This document shows, one piece after another, positions 22,020-31,721 of a DNA stretch of 41,048 bases. Made by a program: the position numbers and the translations under genes. The number at the start of each line of letters is the position of its first letter. The stretch's first letter is position 1. The notes below the pieces were generated by a model. That model was given only the letters and a program-made list of their open reading frames with translations, did no database searches and had not been told where the DNA came from. The DNA comes from an uncultured Legionellales bacterium (GTDB lineage: Bacteria > Pseudomonadota > Gammaproteobacteria > JAHCLG01), in the NCBI GenBank assembly GCA_964352905.1, contig CAYGTS010000003.1, forward strand, positions 1-41,048, given 5' to 3'.

Positions 22020-23558
22020 ATGCGTCAGCAACATGCCATTAAACTCAAACCCACTCACATTCGCACTGAAAAAATGCCAGTGACCAAGCGACGTCAATCC
22101 CGCTTTGCAAATTTTAATGATGCGCTTTACGGTTGTGGTACCTTCTTTTTGTTGCGTGAATATCAACAACGTTGTGTGGTGAAAGTCTCGTATATTCAAA
22201 ATGGTCAGTCACGAGCCTGGGCAGCGCACGGTGATTATTTGCAACGTGAACACGCACAAACACCGGGTGAACGCGGTTTAGGTTTGAATGCTGAACGCGA
22301 CGATATTGATCTCAAAGAATTACTGCGCGCATGGCAAAAAGCCAATGATCCGTTGTTGTTTAAAATTATTGTCTCGCCTGAAAATGGTTACAAAATGGAT
22401 CTGCATCAGCACGCGAAAGATTTAATGCAACAAATGCAAATTGATTTAGACACAAAACTAGAATGGGCAGCTATCGATCATCACAACACTGATTATCCAC
22501 ACTTACATATTGTGGTGCGTGGTCTTGATGAAAAAGGTAAAGAATTACGTATTGAATCAGGTTATCTTAAACAAGGTATTCGTGAGCGCAGCCAAGTGTT
22601 AGCTTCACGTGAATTGGGTTTTCAACGCAATCAAGATCTTGTGCAACAGCGTCAACAGCAAGTTGAACGCGATCAAGTTACTAAAATTGATTACAGTTTA
22701 CGCCATCGTGCTAATGATGAGGGTGTGATTTCGTTTAAACAAAAAGTCGCAGATAATGCCATGGCACGTGAATGGCGCTTACAAGAAATTGCACGCCTAA
22801 AATATTTAGCCACGATGGATCTTGCGAAACAATTGGAACCCAGAGTGTGGCAATTAAGTCCGCAATTAGAAAATACATTGCATCAATTAAAGTTTGAAGA
22901 CAGCATCGTTGAAGCGCGTGCACGTCACGGTATTGAGGTGACGTATCGTGAAGAATTAAAAACCACTCAAATTGACGAAGACAGCCCACTTACTGGAAAA
23001 GTCGTTGGCATGGGACTTGAAAATGAACTATATGATAAACGTTATTTGATCGTAGAAGGTACCGACGGCAAAGCACATTATCTACAAGCCAGTAACAATA
23101 TGATCAAGCAACACGATGAAGGTGTTTATCGCAACGGTGATGTTGTCACTATTGAACGCAATCATTATACGCGTGCGGATGATACCCGAGTCAGTTATTT
23201 AAGTGTCGAAAGTCATGGTGATTTGGATCACTTAAAAAACACACTTTACTCAAAACTCGATGATGACACGTTGGATTTTGTGAAAGCAACTGGTTGTGCA
23301 CCACAACTCTTACATCATGAAAAGTGCTTTGGGCATGAGTATGCGGAAGCGATGATTGAGCGTTTTGAAGAATTTAAAGATGCCAATTTATTTTATTTTG
23401 ATCGCGATGATGGCAGTTATTGGCTGGTGTCAAACTGGGAAGAACGTTATGAGTGGCTAATTGATGAACGTGAGCAAGCGCTTAAGTTAGATCGTGAACC
23501 AGAGCATGCTTTGGAGATTAGCCTTGAATCAGAGCATGAATTTGGGATGGGATTTTAG
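22020..23558 (+). CDS. Relaxase, MOB_P / VirD2-like with DUF3363 domain
   Basis: VVKV...HGDYLQRE (motif I Tyr), FKIIVSPE, DHHNTDYPHLHIVVRG (3H), GLENEL...YLIVEGTDGKAHY. Confidence 0.9.
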   Translation: MRQQHAIKLKPTHIRTEKMPVTKRRQSRFANFNDALYGCGTFFLLREYQQRCVVKVSYIQNGQSRAWAAHGDYLQREHAQTPGERGLGLNAERDDIDLKELLRAWQKANDPLLFKIIVSPENGYKMDLHQHAKDLMQQMQIDLDTKLEWAAIDHHNTDYPHLHIVVRGLDEKGKELRIESGYLKQGIRERSQVLASRELGFQRNQDLVQQRQQQVERDQVTKIDYSLRHRANDEGVISFKQKVADNAMAREWRLQEIARLKYLATMDLAKQLEPRVWQLSPQLENTLHQLKFEDSIVEARARHGIEVTYREELKTTQIDEDSPLTGKVVGMGLENELYDKRYLIVEGTDGKAHYLQASNNMIKQHDEGVYRNGDVVTIERNHYTRADDTRVSYLSVESHGDLDHLKNTLYSKLDDDTLDFVKATGCAPQLLHHEKCFGHEYAEAMIERFEEFKDANLFYFDRDDGSYWLVSNWEERYEWLIDEREQALKLDREPEHALEISLESEHEFGMGF

Positions 23559-23996
23559 TCAATAAAAAATTAAAATATTAGCTACTGGTTCTATAATATG
23601 ACAACTCATTGTATCTAGCTTATGTAATAGACTGCCAATACATTCACAATTTCAGCAAGCCATTAAGAACTTATATAATTATACTTCCGATGAAAGTGGT
23701 GTGAGGCACGCTCTAACCGAGCAATCGCAAGAGCTTTATTATGAAGACGCTCTGTTTATGCTCACAATTTGCTCGGCATTGATTAATTATGTGCGATCGA
23801 AAGGCACCTCACCGTAATTATCATTATGAGATTGTTCAATTAATAACCAGAAAAAGCCTGTGGTTGCCTTTACAATAAAACAACATTAAGATTGCGCTTC
23901 TACAAAATTGAATGACCCATTATCTGCTATTGCACTAAGATAAGTAGCCTCTTGATAGGGAAAGATTTTAAATAGACTATAAAAAATGGCAAAGTA

Positions 23997-25325
23997 ATGC
24001 AAAACAGTGACACAAAATTAATACAGGAAGTAAGTTGGAAGGACGTGCGTGATTCAGTGCGTGCCGTCGATGCAAAGCTTGCTGACCTAATTGATAATAT
24101 TGATCCCGATCCATCGTATCAACTGCTCAAAGTTGCTTATTCCTACGGTGATCTGATTTTAAAAGACGGTGTCTTGCAATTACCAATGACTGATCGCCAG
24201 TTATTGCCAATCGATGATCCGCTCCTTGATAAATCCATCAAAGAAAAATTAAGTTATAGCCAAATTCCATTATTTCTTACCTTGCATAACTGCAATGAAG
24301 TCTTTATTGATACCGGAAAGCGAATTATTCCATTGAACTTATTTCAGCCAGGCAGCTTACTGGGATTGTTTGAGTCAGTTGATTACATGTTTGGTCAGCA
24401 AGTAAAACCAAAGTGGAGCATGTCTGCAGGGGCAAGAACAATTTTCACGTTACCAAAAATTAATGAGAGCAGCGGATTAAAGCGCTTACGTTTTCATTAT
24501 CACTTGCCCTATGATTTGAAGATACAGCATTTTTCAGATCATTGGCAATTATTCAAGTTAATTGCTGCGCATGAAAATTTCACACAAACTTGGCATAATG
24601 AAGTACTCTTTTTTACAAAAGAATGGTTAGTAAAAAGAAATGGCGATCCACATTGGGTTGAGTTTCATGATTATCTTTTCAAACATGCTTGGCATCAATC
24701 TCGTTTTGCAATTGGTAAGGTGGATTTGAGCCTTTGTTGGGAAACTTTTGCCGAGGCAATTTCTTCAAGACGATTAAAACCAACGCCTTATTTAGCTGAT
24801 CAAATTAAACATATTATGTTAATTGTATCGGGTAAATGGCCAGGATTTAAACCTGCTGATGATTTGCAAAAAATTGCGCCAACTACCGGTTTACAAAAAG
24901 CTATTACTGAAGTCTATTCATTAAAACAATACTTACCAACAATTATGCATGTAGATTCCTATGAAAATAGCCAATTTTCACCTATTTATTATTCACTCTA
25001 TTTTCCAACCTTATTAGAAGGATCACCCAATAACCGAAGCTCTTCCACAATTATGTTGGATTTAAGAGATGCTAAGCTATTATTAGAAATTTTAAAGAAT
25101 AGTTTTGGTGGAAATAAAAAGTTTAATCATAATGAGTTTCAAAAGACGCAATTTGATTATTTTCATGTTGAGCCTGATAAATACAATGAAATTAAACTAA
25201 GTAAAGCCATTGCCATAGAAGACTCTGGGTTTCTAAAAGAGAAGCGACAATATCCTGCTAGAGTATTTTGCGCAACTAGTCCTTTTTGGCGAGGATGTAT
25301 TCGGATTAGTTCTATTACAAATTAA
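23997..25325 (+). CDS. Hypothetical protein with a cNMP-binding/cupin-like segment
   Basis: 442-aa ORF; EVFIDTGKRIIPLNLFQPGSLLGLFE resembles the cNMP-domain l.pG..fGE strand pattern. Confidence 0.7.
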   Translation: MQNSDTKLIQEVSWKDVRDSVRAVDAKLADLIDNIDPDPSYQLLKVAYSYGDLILKDGVLQLPMTDRQLLPIDDPLLDKSIKEKLSYSQIPLFLTLHNCNEVFIDTGKRIIPLNLFQPGSLLGLFESVDYMFGQQVKPKWSMSAGARTIFTLPKINESSGLKRLRFHYHLPYDLKIQHFSDHWQLFKLIAAHENFTQTWHNEVLFFTKEWLVKRNGDPHWVEFHDYLFKHAWHQSRFAIGKVDLSLCWETFAEAISSRRLKPTPYLADQIKHIMLIVSGKWPGFKPADDLQKIAPTTGLQKAITEVYSLKQYLPTIMHVDSYENSQFSPIYYSLYFPTLLEGSPNNRSSSTIMLDLRDAKLLLEILKNSFGGNKKFNHNEFQKTQFDYFHVEPDKYNEIKLSKAIAIEDSGFLKEKRQYPARVFCATSPFWRGCIRISSITN

Positions 25326-26757
25326 CTCTGTAAGTATGAGAAGGCCTAGCTGAGAAACAGGTATCTAAAATTTTATTAGCTTGAAATTGACTATGTTGAA
25401 TGGATTGATCAATGACCCAACCTTGATCTTGAAATTGTTGTTCTAAAATTTTTTCATGATCACTAGCAGTACCTAATTCACAACGTTTTTGTACGATAAA
25501 TTGTTGTATATGAGGATCAAGCGCTAATATAGCATTGTCATTGGGTGTAATACCATCTTTAATAAGAGTCTTAGCGACCGAAATTGCTTGAACAACACCA
25601 CCTAAAAGCGCACATTGAGTTGGTTCTATTTCGCCTGCAGGTACATTCCATGGTTCACCATCAAAATTAGCAGGAAAACCACCACGTACAAAGGTTAATT
25701 TTTTGCCGCTAGCGCTAGATACTGTAAATGTGGCAAGTGGATCGATGTCTTCATGAACCTTAGCAATGCGTTGCAATTCACCAAGATATTCTTTATCTTC
25801 AGAGGAACAGCTAACAAAAATAGTGTCTTGACTAAGAAAATCTTCAAGTGATTTTCCTTGCGGTAAGTCTTCGGTTAGATCATGACCTGTGCAACCAAAT
25901 ACGCAATGTGAATTAGCTACTAATGATACAAAATTATTAATACGAGCAGCACCTTGCAATTTGGCATTTACGATGGCTTGTTCATCTGTATCATAAATAT
26001 TAATATTATAACCTAGGGATATTAAATAATGCCCAATGGCTGAACCAATAGCACCTACACCTGCTATCCCAATTGCAATCTCAGAATTAGGCTTTTCATC
26101 CTCAGACATAAGTCCTTGTGCTTTTAATATTTTTTTTACTCTTTCAATCACTGCTTTTGCAATAAAAGGCGATTCAACATGCCTTTTAAGCGCTGATGAT
26201 GCGACATTAACAATAGGACAAAGTAATGTTTTAAATCTATCAACATATAACCCTCCTCTGGTTTGTTCAATACCAGCAACTTTATATTTATGAGAAAGAG
26301 TAGCTGGCATTTTTTCTAAACAACGACCGCCATCATCTAGCACAACGATGTTATCAATATACTTATCACTTGCAATATCTTTTAAGAAGCTTTCCCATAA
26401 CATGCGCACATCTTTTTCTGAGGCTGTCCTATATTCACCTAATTTTTTTGGTTTGCTTCCAGGCATTACCGTAATCCCTTGTTCACGCATAGCCTGCACA
26501 ATAATTGGTGAATCAGAATAACATTTACCCAGCGTATGAAATTTTGTTATCCCCAATTTTTGCAGTGCTTTAAACAGTGTGACAGTCGTTTCTAAATTAT
26601 GTTGAATGGCAACAATAGCAACTTTGCTAAAATCAATATCTTTAGGAAAATTTTCTTTAATTGCAGCAACCATGGCATCAACAGTACTAAGTTCAGGTAT
26701 TGAATGAGATTGGTCAGCTCTTTTTAATTCGGCTTCACGTGTTTCAGAAAAAAACAT
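25315..26757 (-). CDS. Divergent S-adenosylhomocysteine-hydrolase-like NAD-binding protein
   Basis: Motifs in SAHH order: QH, YS, LDDGG, EQTRGG, NVASSALK, GVGAIG, YDTD, CTG, GFPANF. Confidence 0.8.
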   Translation of the reverse strand: MFFSETREAELKRADQSHSIPELSTVDAMVAAIKENFPKDIDFSKVAIVAIQHNLETTVTLFKALQKLGITKFHTLGKCYSDSPIIVQAMREQGITVMPGSKPKKLGEYRTASEKDVRMLWESFLKDIASDKYIDNIVVLDDGGRCLEKMPATLSHKYKVAGIEQTRGGLYVDRFKTLLCPIVNVASSALKRHVESPFIAKAVIERVKKILKAQGLMSEDEKPNSEIAIGIAGVGAIGSAIGHYLISLGYNINIYDTDEQAIVNAKLQGAARINNFVSLVANSHCVFGCTGHDLTEDLPQGKSLEDFLSQDTIFVSCSSEDKEYLGELQRIAKVHEDIDPLATFTVSSASGKKLTFVRGGFPANFDGEPWNVPAGEIEPTQCALLGGVVQAISVAKTLIKDGITPNDNAILALDPHIQQFIVQKRCELGTASDHEKILEQQFQDQGWVIDQSIQHSQFQANKILDTCFSARPSHTYRVNL

Positions 26758-27079
26758 TTTAATTTACTATCCACATGTTCAATATTAATTGTTATTATTT
26801 TGGTTAAAATAATCCCCATAATTGGGGAGGCATAATACCTCAATATAGACAAAGATAGGCCCTAAAATTTCAGTCTCAAATATTGATAGCAAAATTTGTG
26901 CGCTTAGATTGCTCTCGATAATGATTCTACCAACCAACTGCTTTTCAATGTTTAATACACCCCGTCAAAGGATAGTGTATGAACATTACACACCTATGAT
27001 AGAACAATAATAAATGCTGATGATAATTTTCAACACGCCTTTGACAGCTTTTTCATGGAATTACTAGGAGTAGAAAGTT

Positions 27080-27490
27080 TTGACAAAGGCGCATAAACGG
27101 ATGAGTCAACTGGAACCGTTGGCCATAGAATTATTACAAAACTTAGGCAATGCTAAGCCCCTTCGTAGACATATTGATCTGATGGATTCAATTTTGGGCC
27201 AGATCACAACGCAACAAACACTGGCTTTTGATAAAAGATTAACATCACGTGAAATCAGTTGCCTGTATTTAGCAGCCAGAGGAAAAACGTCAGTAGCAAC
27301 GGCGCGTCTATTAAATATTTCAACTTCTACCGTTGAATCACATCGCAAACAAATAAAACGTAAACTCAACTGTTTAAATTTAACCCAAGCGGTATTTGAA
27401 GGTATTCGTTGGGGATACCTTCATCCCGATCCATCATCTGCTGATCTGGCTAAACTTCCAGTTTTGGAAAATTACCATGATCAAGGATAA
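27080..27490 (+). CDS. LuxR/GerE-type HTH regulator with short N-terminus
   Basis: LTSREISCLYLAARGKT...LNISTSTVESHRKQIKRKL; AGGAG SD before TTG 27080. Confidence 0.9.
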   Translation: MTKAHKRMSQLEPLAIELLQNLGNAKPLRRHIDLMDSILGQITTQQTLAFDKRLTSREISCLYLAARGKTSVATARLLNISTSTVESHRKQIKRKLNCLNLTQAVFEGIRWGYLHPDPSSADLAKLPVLENYHDQG

Positions 27491-27518
27491 ACGTAACAAG
27501 GAAATAGGAGAAATTGAT

Positions 27519-27983
27519 ATGATCACACAACTTGATATTAATAAAAAATCTATGTTAACCCATGCGGTTAATGCGGATGATATTGCACAAACGAAAAAAG
27601 CAACGCATGTTTTATTAGTTGAAGATCATAAGTTATTACAATTTATTCATCGTGATTTTTTAACACGCTTAGGCTGCACGGTTGATATCGCAGAAGATGG
27701 TTTTGAAGCAGTCAACATGTTCACTGCAGGTTATGATTTAGTATTGCTTGATATTGAGTTACCCAGCCGTAACGGCATTGCTAAAAATGGCATTGATGTT
27801 GCGCGTGCTATTCGTAGCCTTGAGCGACTAAAAAAACTGAATCCAACCGTTGTGATTGCCTTAACCGCGTTAGATGATTCTATCCGTTTTGAGTGTTTGA
27901 ATGCAGGCTGTGATGATTTTTATCAAAAACCTTTAGCATTTGAAAAGTTGCAAGAGGTGTTGCAGTGTTGGTTGGGGGATTAA
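27519..27983 (+). CDS. Stand-alone response regulator receiver, copy 1
   Basis: LLVED, DLVLLDIELP, ALTA, QKPL; AGGAG SD before ATG 27519 (alternative ATG 27477). Confidence 0.92.
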   Translation: MITQLDINKKSMLTHAVNADDIAQTKKATHVLLVEDHKLLQFIHRDFLTRLGCTVDIAEDGFEAVNMFTAGYDLVLLDIELPSRNGIAKNGIDVARAIRSLERLKKLNPTVVIALTALDDSIRFECLNAGCDDFYQKPLAFEKLQEVLQCWLGD

Positions 27984-28057
27984 TAAAAATGTTAGATTTT
28001 TGACATGTAACCTATTGACATTTGTAATTTTTACATATAATGTATGTATTTTAAATT

Positions 28058-28423
28058 TTGGAGACATTCTTCATGAAGAAAAATACTGTACATGATTTAA
28101 TGATGCAAAGCAAGTTACTACCTGCTTGGGAAATTGCGGCAGCTAATATGCTTTCAATGTACGGCAGGGAACAAGATTTTTATGACTATCAGATGTATTT
28201 TTATACAGTAGGGATGCAAATAATGAAATACATTATTCAGCAAGTGTTACTCGAGCAATACAAGCAAGCTCGGAAAAATTTAATGAATGTTGGTCCTTTT
28301 GTACGAATAGGTACCACTAGTTCTGTTGTTCCTAGTGAAGAAGACTATAAAGAGTTTCATAAAAATTGGAAAGAGTGTAAGAGATTAGAGAAGGCATTAA
28401 AAGCATATGGTATTATTTGTTAA
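28058..28423 (+). CDS. Hypothetical protein in the variable cargo slot of element 1
   Basis: 121-aa ORF; likely ATG 28073 after GGAG; TTGACA at 28015 and TATAAT at 28036 upstream. Confidence 0.6.
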   Translation: METFFMKKNTVHDLMMQSKLLPAWEIAAANMLSMYGREQDFYDYQMYFYTVGMQIMKYIIQQVLLEQYKQARKNLMNVGPFVRIGTTSSVVPSEEDYKEFHKNWKECKRLEKALKAYGIIC

Positions 28424-28545
28424 GAATATTCACTGATCGCCGGAGGATATATTATTTAAAAGCCAGTTTATTTTTGAAGCCATACATAAACTTTTAGTTT
28501 AACTATTAGTTAATTTTTAAACCAGACACAGCGTTTTGTCAAGAT

Positions 28546-28751
28546 TAAGGGAAAAACAGCATATAAAATATATCAAAAGCACAGCCTTCCACTGTGGAAA
28601 TTTTGTGGAAGTGAGTGCTGCGAAGTTCAGCGTTGTTGTGATGCTTGCTACAGACATCCCATAAAAATAATAATATAAATCAATAAGATAAAAGTTAACG
28701 CTGAGCCTCATAATCCGTTGGTCCAAGGTTCAAGTCCTTGTGGGCCCACCA
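28546..28751 (+). repeat. att arm plus tRNA 3' half, copy A (junction of elements 1 and 2)
   Basis: About 205-bp imperfect direct repeat of 32620-32825 (offset 4074), ending GGGCCCACCA. Confidence 0.92.
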
Positions 28752-28818
28752 GAAAATCGTATTATAATCAATAGATTACAACGCTATCTCAGCCACTTCC
28801 CAAAAATCCCAACATGGC

Positions 28819-29159
28819 TTACGCGACATTTACGCGAGCTAGAGTGGGCACAGTGCGTAATAACACAAGATCACCCGCAATTTTTCGCTTTCCAACAACT
28901 GTATTTGCAGCATCCCATAAATTTTTTAATTCCGCTGCAGAATAGTGTGTCGTAATACGCGAAGACTTATGTCCTAATAAATCTTGGCGATCTTCAAAAC
29001 TCACCCCCGCTGCGCGTAGCCTTCTGCCAAAAGTGTGTTTCAAATCATGGACTCTGAGTTCAGCTAAACCAATTCGTGCTCTAGCGTGCTTCCAACCCGA
29101 ATTCAGCATTCTGGCAATGGGTTTTCCACGGTAAACAAACACAAACGTATCATGTTTGC
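28819..29159 (-). pseudogene. Integrase C-terminal remnant
   Basis: 28957-29159 nearly identical to 20003-20205 of int; 5' two-thirds missing; different extreme C-terminus. Confidence 0.9.
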
Positions 29160-29233
29160 ATCAGTTTTGGTAAGACAGCTCGAAAATTACAATGATCAAG
29201 GATAAACGTAACAAGGAAATAGGAGAAATTGAT

Positions 29234-29710
29234 ATGATCACACAACTTAATAACAAGATTGATGTTAATAAAAAAGGTACTTTAACCCAAGCTATTAACG
29301 CAGATGATATCGCAAAATCGAAAGAATCAACCCGTGTTTTATTAGTGGAAGATCAGAAGTTATTACAATTTATTCATAATGATTTTTTAACACGCTTAGG
29401 TTGCACCGTTGATATAGCAGGAGATGGTTTTGAAGCAGTTAACATGTTCACTGCAGGTTATGATTTGGTATTGCTTGATATTGAGTTACCCAGTCGTAAC
29501 GGCATTGCTAAAAATGGCATTGATGTTGCTCGTGCTATTCGTAGCCTTGAGCGACTAAAAAAACTGAATCCAACCGTTGTGATAGCCTTAACCGCTTTAG
29601 ATGATTCTATCCGTTTTGACTGCTTGAATGCAGGCTGCGATGATTTTTATCAAAAACCTTTAGAATTTGCAAAGCTGCAAGAAGTGTTGCAGTGTTGGTT
29701 GGGGGATTAA
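29234..29710 (+). CDS. Stand-alone response regulator receiver, copy 2
   Basis: Close paralogue of 27519-27983 with intact D, T and K residues (alternative ATG 29192). Confidence 0.92.
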   Translation: MITQLNNKIDVNKKGTLTQAINADDIAKSKESTRVLLVEDQKLLQFIHNDFLTRLGCTVDIAGDGFEAVNMFTAGYDLVLLDIELPSRNGIAKNGIDVARAIRSLERLKKLNPTVVIALTALDDSIRFDCLNAGCDDFYQKPLEFAKLQEVLQCWLGD

Positions 29711-29785
29711 TAAAAATGTTAGATTTTGGAGTTGTAACATATTGACATACAATGAGCGTATGATTTATTTTTTAGGGAATTTTAA

Positions 29786-30658
29786 ATGGAAAACAAAAAT
29801 CAACATTGGATAACCAGGTCATATCTAGCAGGATGGATTGACCCTAATACCCCTCCTGGACAAGAAGGCTACGTTTGGGTATTTAATAAAGGTGGTAGTA
29901 CCGTAAAGAGAAAAGCGCCTAAGAATATTTTCTGTGAACCTGATTTTTATACCCGAAGAGCTGACGATGGTTCAAGAGACTTAACATTAGAAGCCACTTT
30001 ATGCCAAATTGAAAACGCTTTCATTAGACTTTGCCGCAACAAAATCGATAAACTTCAAGACCTGTCTAATGAAGAAATACTTGAAATAATAATGTTTGCT
30101 GCAACCATGATGTATCGAACAAAGCTGCACAGGAATAAAGAAAAAGCGCTATGGGATCATGTACTAGAAATAATGGATGATATGGCTGAGAAAATAAAAA
30201 CTAATCCCACTAGACACTTTCCCCAATTCCAGTCCTCTAATTTTGAAAACTCTTTAAGCCATGAGGAAGTAAAAAAAATTGCTCAGGAACCAATTCAAAG
30301 CGCATTACCTGTGGCAACCAAAGTCATTGCAAAGATTTTAGCTCAAATGAATATCTATATATTATGCACTGAAAATACCCCTGGCTTTATTACTAGCGAT
30401 AACCCATGCATAATGTTTGACCCGCTGTATAGTAGCAAGTATCTTGCGCTCGGTTGTCCTAGCATTGAAATAACACTCCCAATTTCCCCAAAACAACTTA
30501 TAATCTTTTTTTGGAGCGACAGTAATCAACCAGCAGAATATGCCTATACCATCCCCAAAGACGAACTAGTAGATGAGTTCAATAGACGAACTCGCTTTTT
30601 CAGTGAAGAATACTTTGTTGTAAATGAAAATATAAAAAAAGACTTTTGGCTCCAATAG
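29786..30658 (+). CDS. DUF4238 domain protein (defence-associated)
   Basis: QHWITRSYLAGW, IFCEPDFYT, FITSDNP, LPISPK family motifs. Confidence 0.85.
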   Translation: MENKNQHWITRSYLAGWIDPNTPPGQEGYVWVFNKGGSTVKRKAPKNIFCEPDFYTRRADDGSRDLTLEATLCQIENAFIRLCRNKIDKLQDLSNEEILEIIMFAATMMYRTKLHRNKEKALWDHVLEIMDDMAEKIKTNPTRHFPQFQSSNFENSLSHEEVKKIAQEPIQSALPVATKVIAKILAQMNIYILCTENTPGFITSDNPCIMFDPLYSSKYLALGCPSIEITLPISPKQLIIFFWSDSNQPAEYAYTIPKDELVDEFNRRTRFFSEEYFVVNENIKKDFWLQ

Positions 30659-30869
30659 CAACCAAGAGTCTTATATTTTTTTCAAGTGATAACTTAGGGA
30701 TCTAATCTCAATATCAACTGAAACATTTTCTGTATTATAATTAAACAGTGGCACTTGCGTATTATTACCTGTCAACAGCCCCTTTTGTAAGTTGAAAATC
30801 TGAAGTTTTACAGTTCATTAATAGTTTTTGGGGCATCAATATCTTCACTGTAAGTCCTTATGAATTAAC

Positions 30870-31709
30870 CTAATTATACAACCACTCAAAAACAGCTGGC
30901 AATTGCTCCCAGTAATATTCAAAGCTTTCTAAATTAGCGATTTGATGAGTTAACATATCATTCCAATCAGCACGAAGTTCATTCTGTTGTGACATAGACT
31001 GTAATAATTCGATTGTTGGTGAGGCAATTTGTTTGAAATGACATTTTTGTTTCAATATTGATAATAGCTTTTCTTTGTTCGGGATAATACGTGAATCATT
31101 GTGTAAATGAATGACATCATATAAATCGCGTGGTCTCATTCGTTCAACCAAGGCGCGTAATTTTTCAGCAAATATTTCTTCTATACAATAAGTTTGAGTC
31201 ATAAATAAGCTTTCATCATAATCAGTGTAAGGATGATGAATGAGTTTAATAGTTGGTTTTTCAATTAATATTTCATCATGGCTTAAATCTAATTTAATAG
31301 TTGGCAGATTACTTTTGCGCTGCATTGGCCCTTGAAATGGAATTTTCCCTTGAATGGATAGCTTGTTTCTTGGGTTTTTATATTCTTCAAATTTGAGTTT
31401 GTCGGCGGGTATAGTAATGCCTGATTGATCATAAATCCATTCGCAAATTAGAGGAAATGTGTCATTTAGGAATGCTTGATTTACATGCGCAGGGTCAATA
31501 ATGGTAAAATCTAAATCCTCAGAAAAGCGGTATTCTCCAAAATAACATTTTTTTAGACAAGTACCACCTTTAAAAACCCAGCTCTGCTTTAAGGTCAAGG
31601 AAGCGTTGATGCCAGCCAGGATCCAACTTAAAATATAATCTTTTTCGATGGTATTTGCAGGGAGATTATATTTCGTTGCTAAAGTCATTATTTCATATTT
31701 ATTGATCAT
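30870..31709 (-). CDS. abiEii: AbiEii-family nucleotidyltransferase toxin (type IV TA)
   Basis: EKDY, FKGGTCLKK, RFSEDLDF, EEIFAEKLRAL, RPRDLYD. Confidence 0.93.
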   Translation of the reverse strand: MINKYEIMTLATKYNLPANTIEKDYILSWILAGINASLTLKQSWVFKGGTCLKKCYFGEYRFSEDLDFTIIDPAHVNQAFLNDTFPLICEWIYDQSGITIPADKLKFEEYKNPRNKLSIQGKIPFQGPMQRKSNLPTIKLDLSHDEILIEKPTIKLIHHPYTDYDESLFMTQTYCIEEIFAEKLRALVERMRPRDLYDVIHLHNDSRIIPNKEKLLSILKQKCHFKQIASPTIELLQSMSQQNELRADWNDMLTHQIANLESFEYYWEQLPAVFEWLYN

Positions 31710-31721
31710 ATAATTTTTACC

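Noticed and set aside
25315-26757. Assigning the symbol ahcY/sahH
   Set aside because: Several catalytic motifs and the C-terminal tail diverge from true SAHH
27080-27490. AHL quorum-sensing LuxR receptor
   Set aside because: N-terminus too short for an autoinducer-binding domain, and no luxI nearby
27396-27518. Long N-terminal extension of receiver copy 1 in the ORF track
   Set aside because: Overlaps luxR; the AGGAG SD and the paralogue point to a later start
19792-28706. Prophage or complete ICE
   Set aside because: No capsid, terminase, tail, VirB4 or coupling-protein genes between the att sites
28517-28955. ORFs 28517-28726 (-) and 28740-28955 (+)
   Set aside because: They run through the att arm and tRNA fragment or antisense to the integrase remnant
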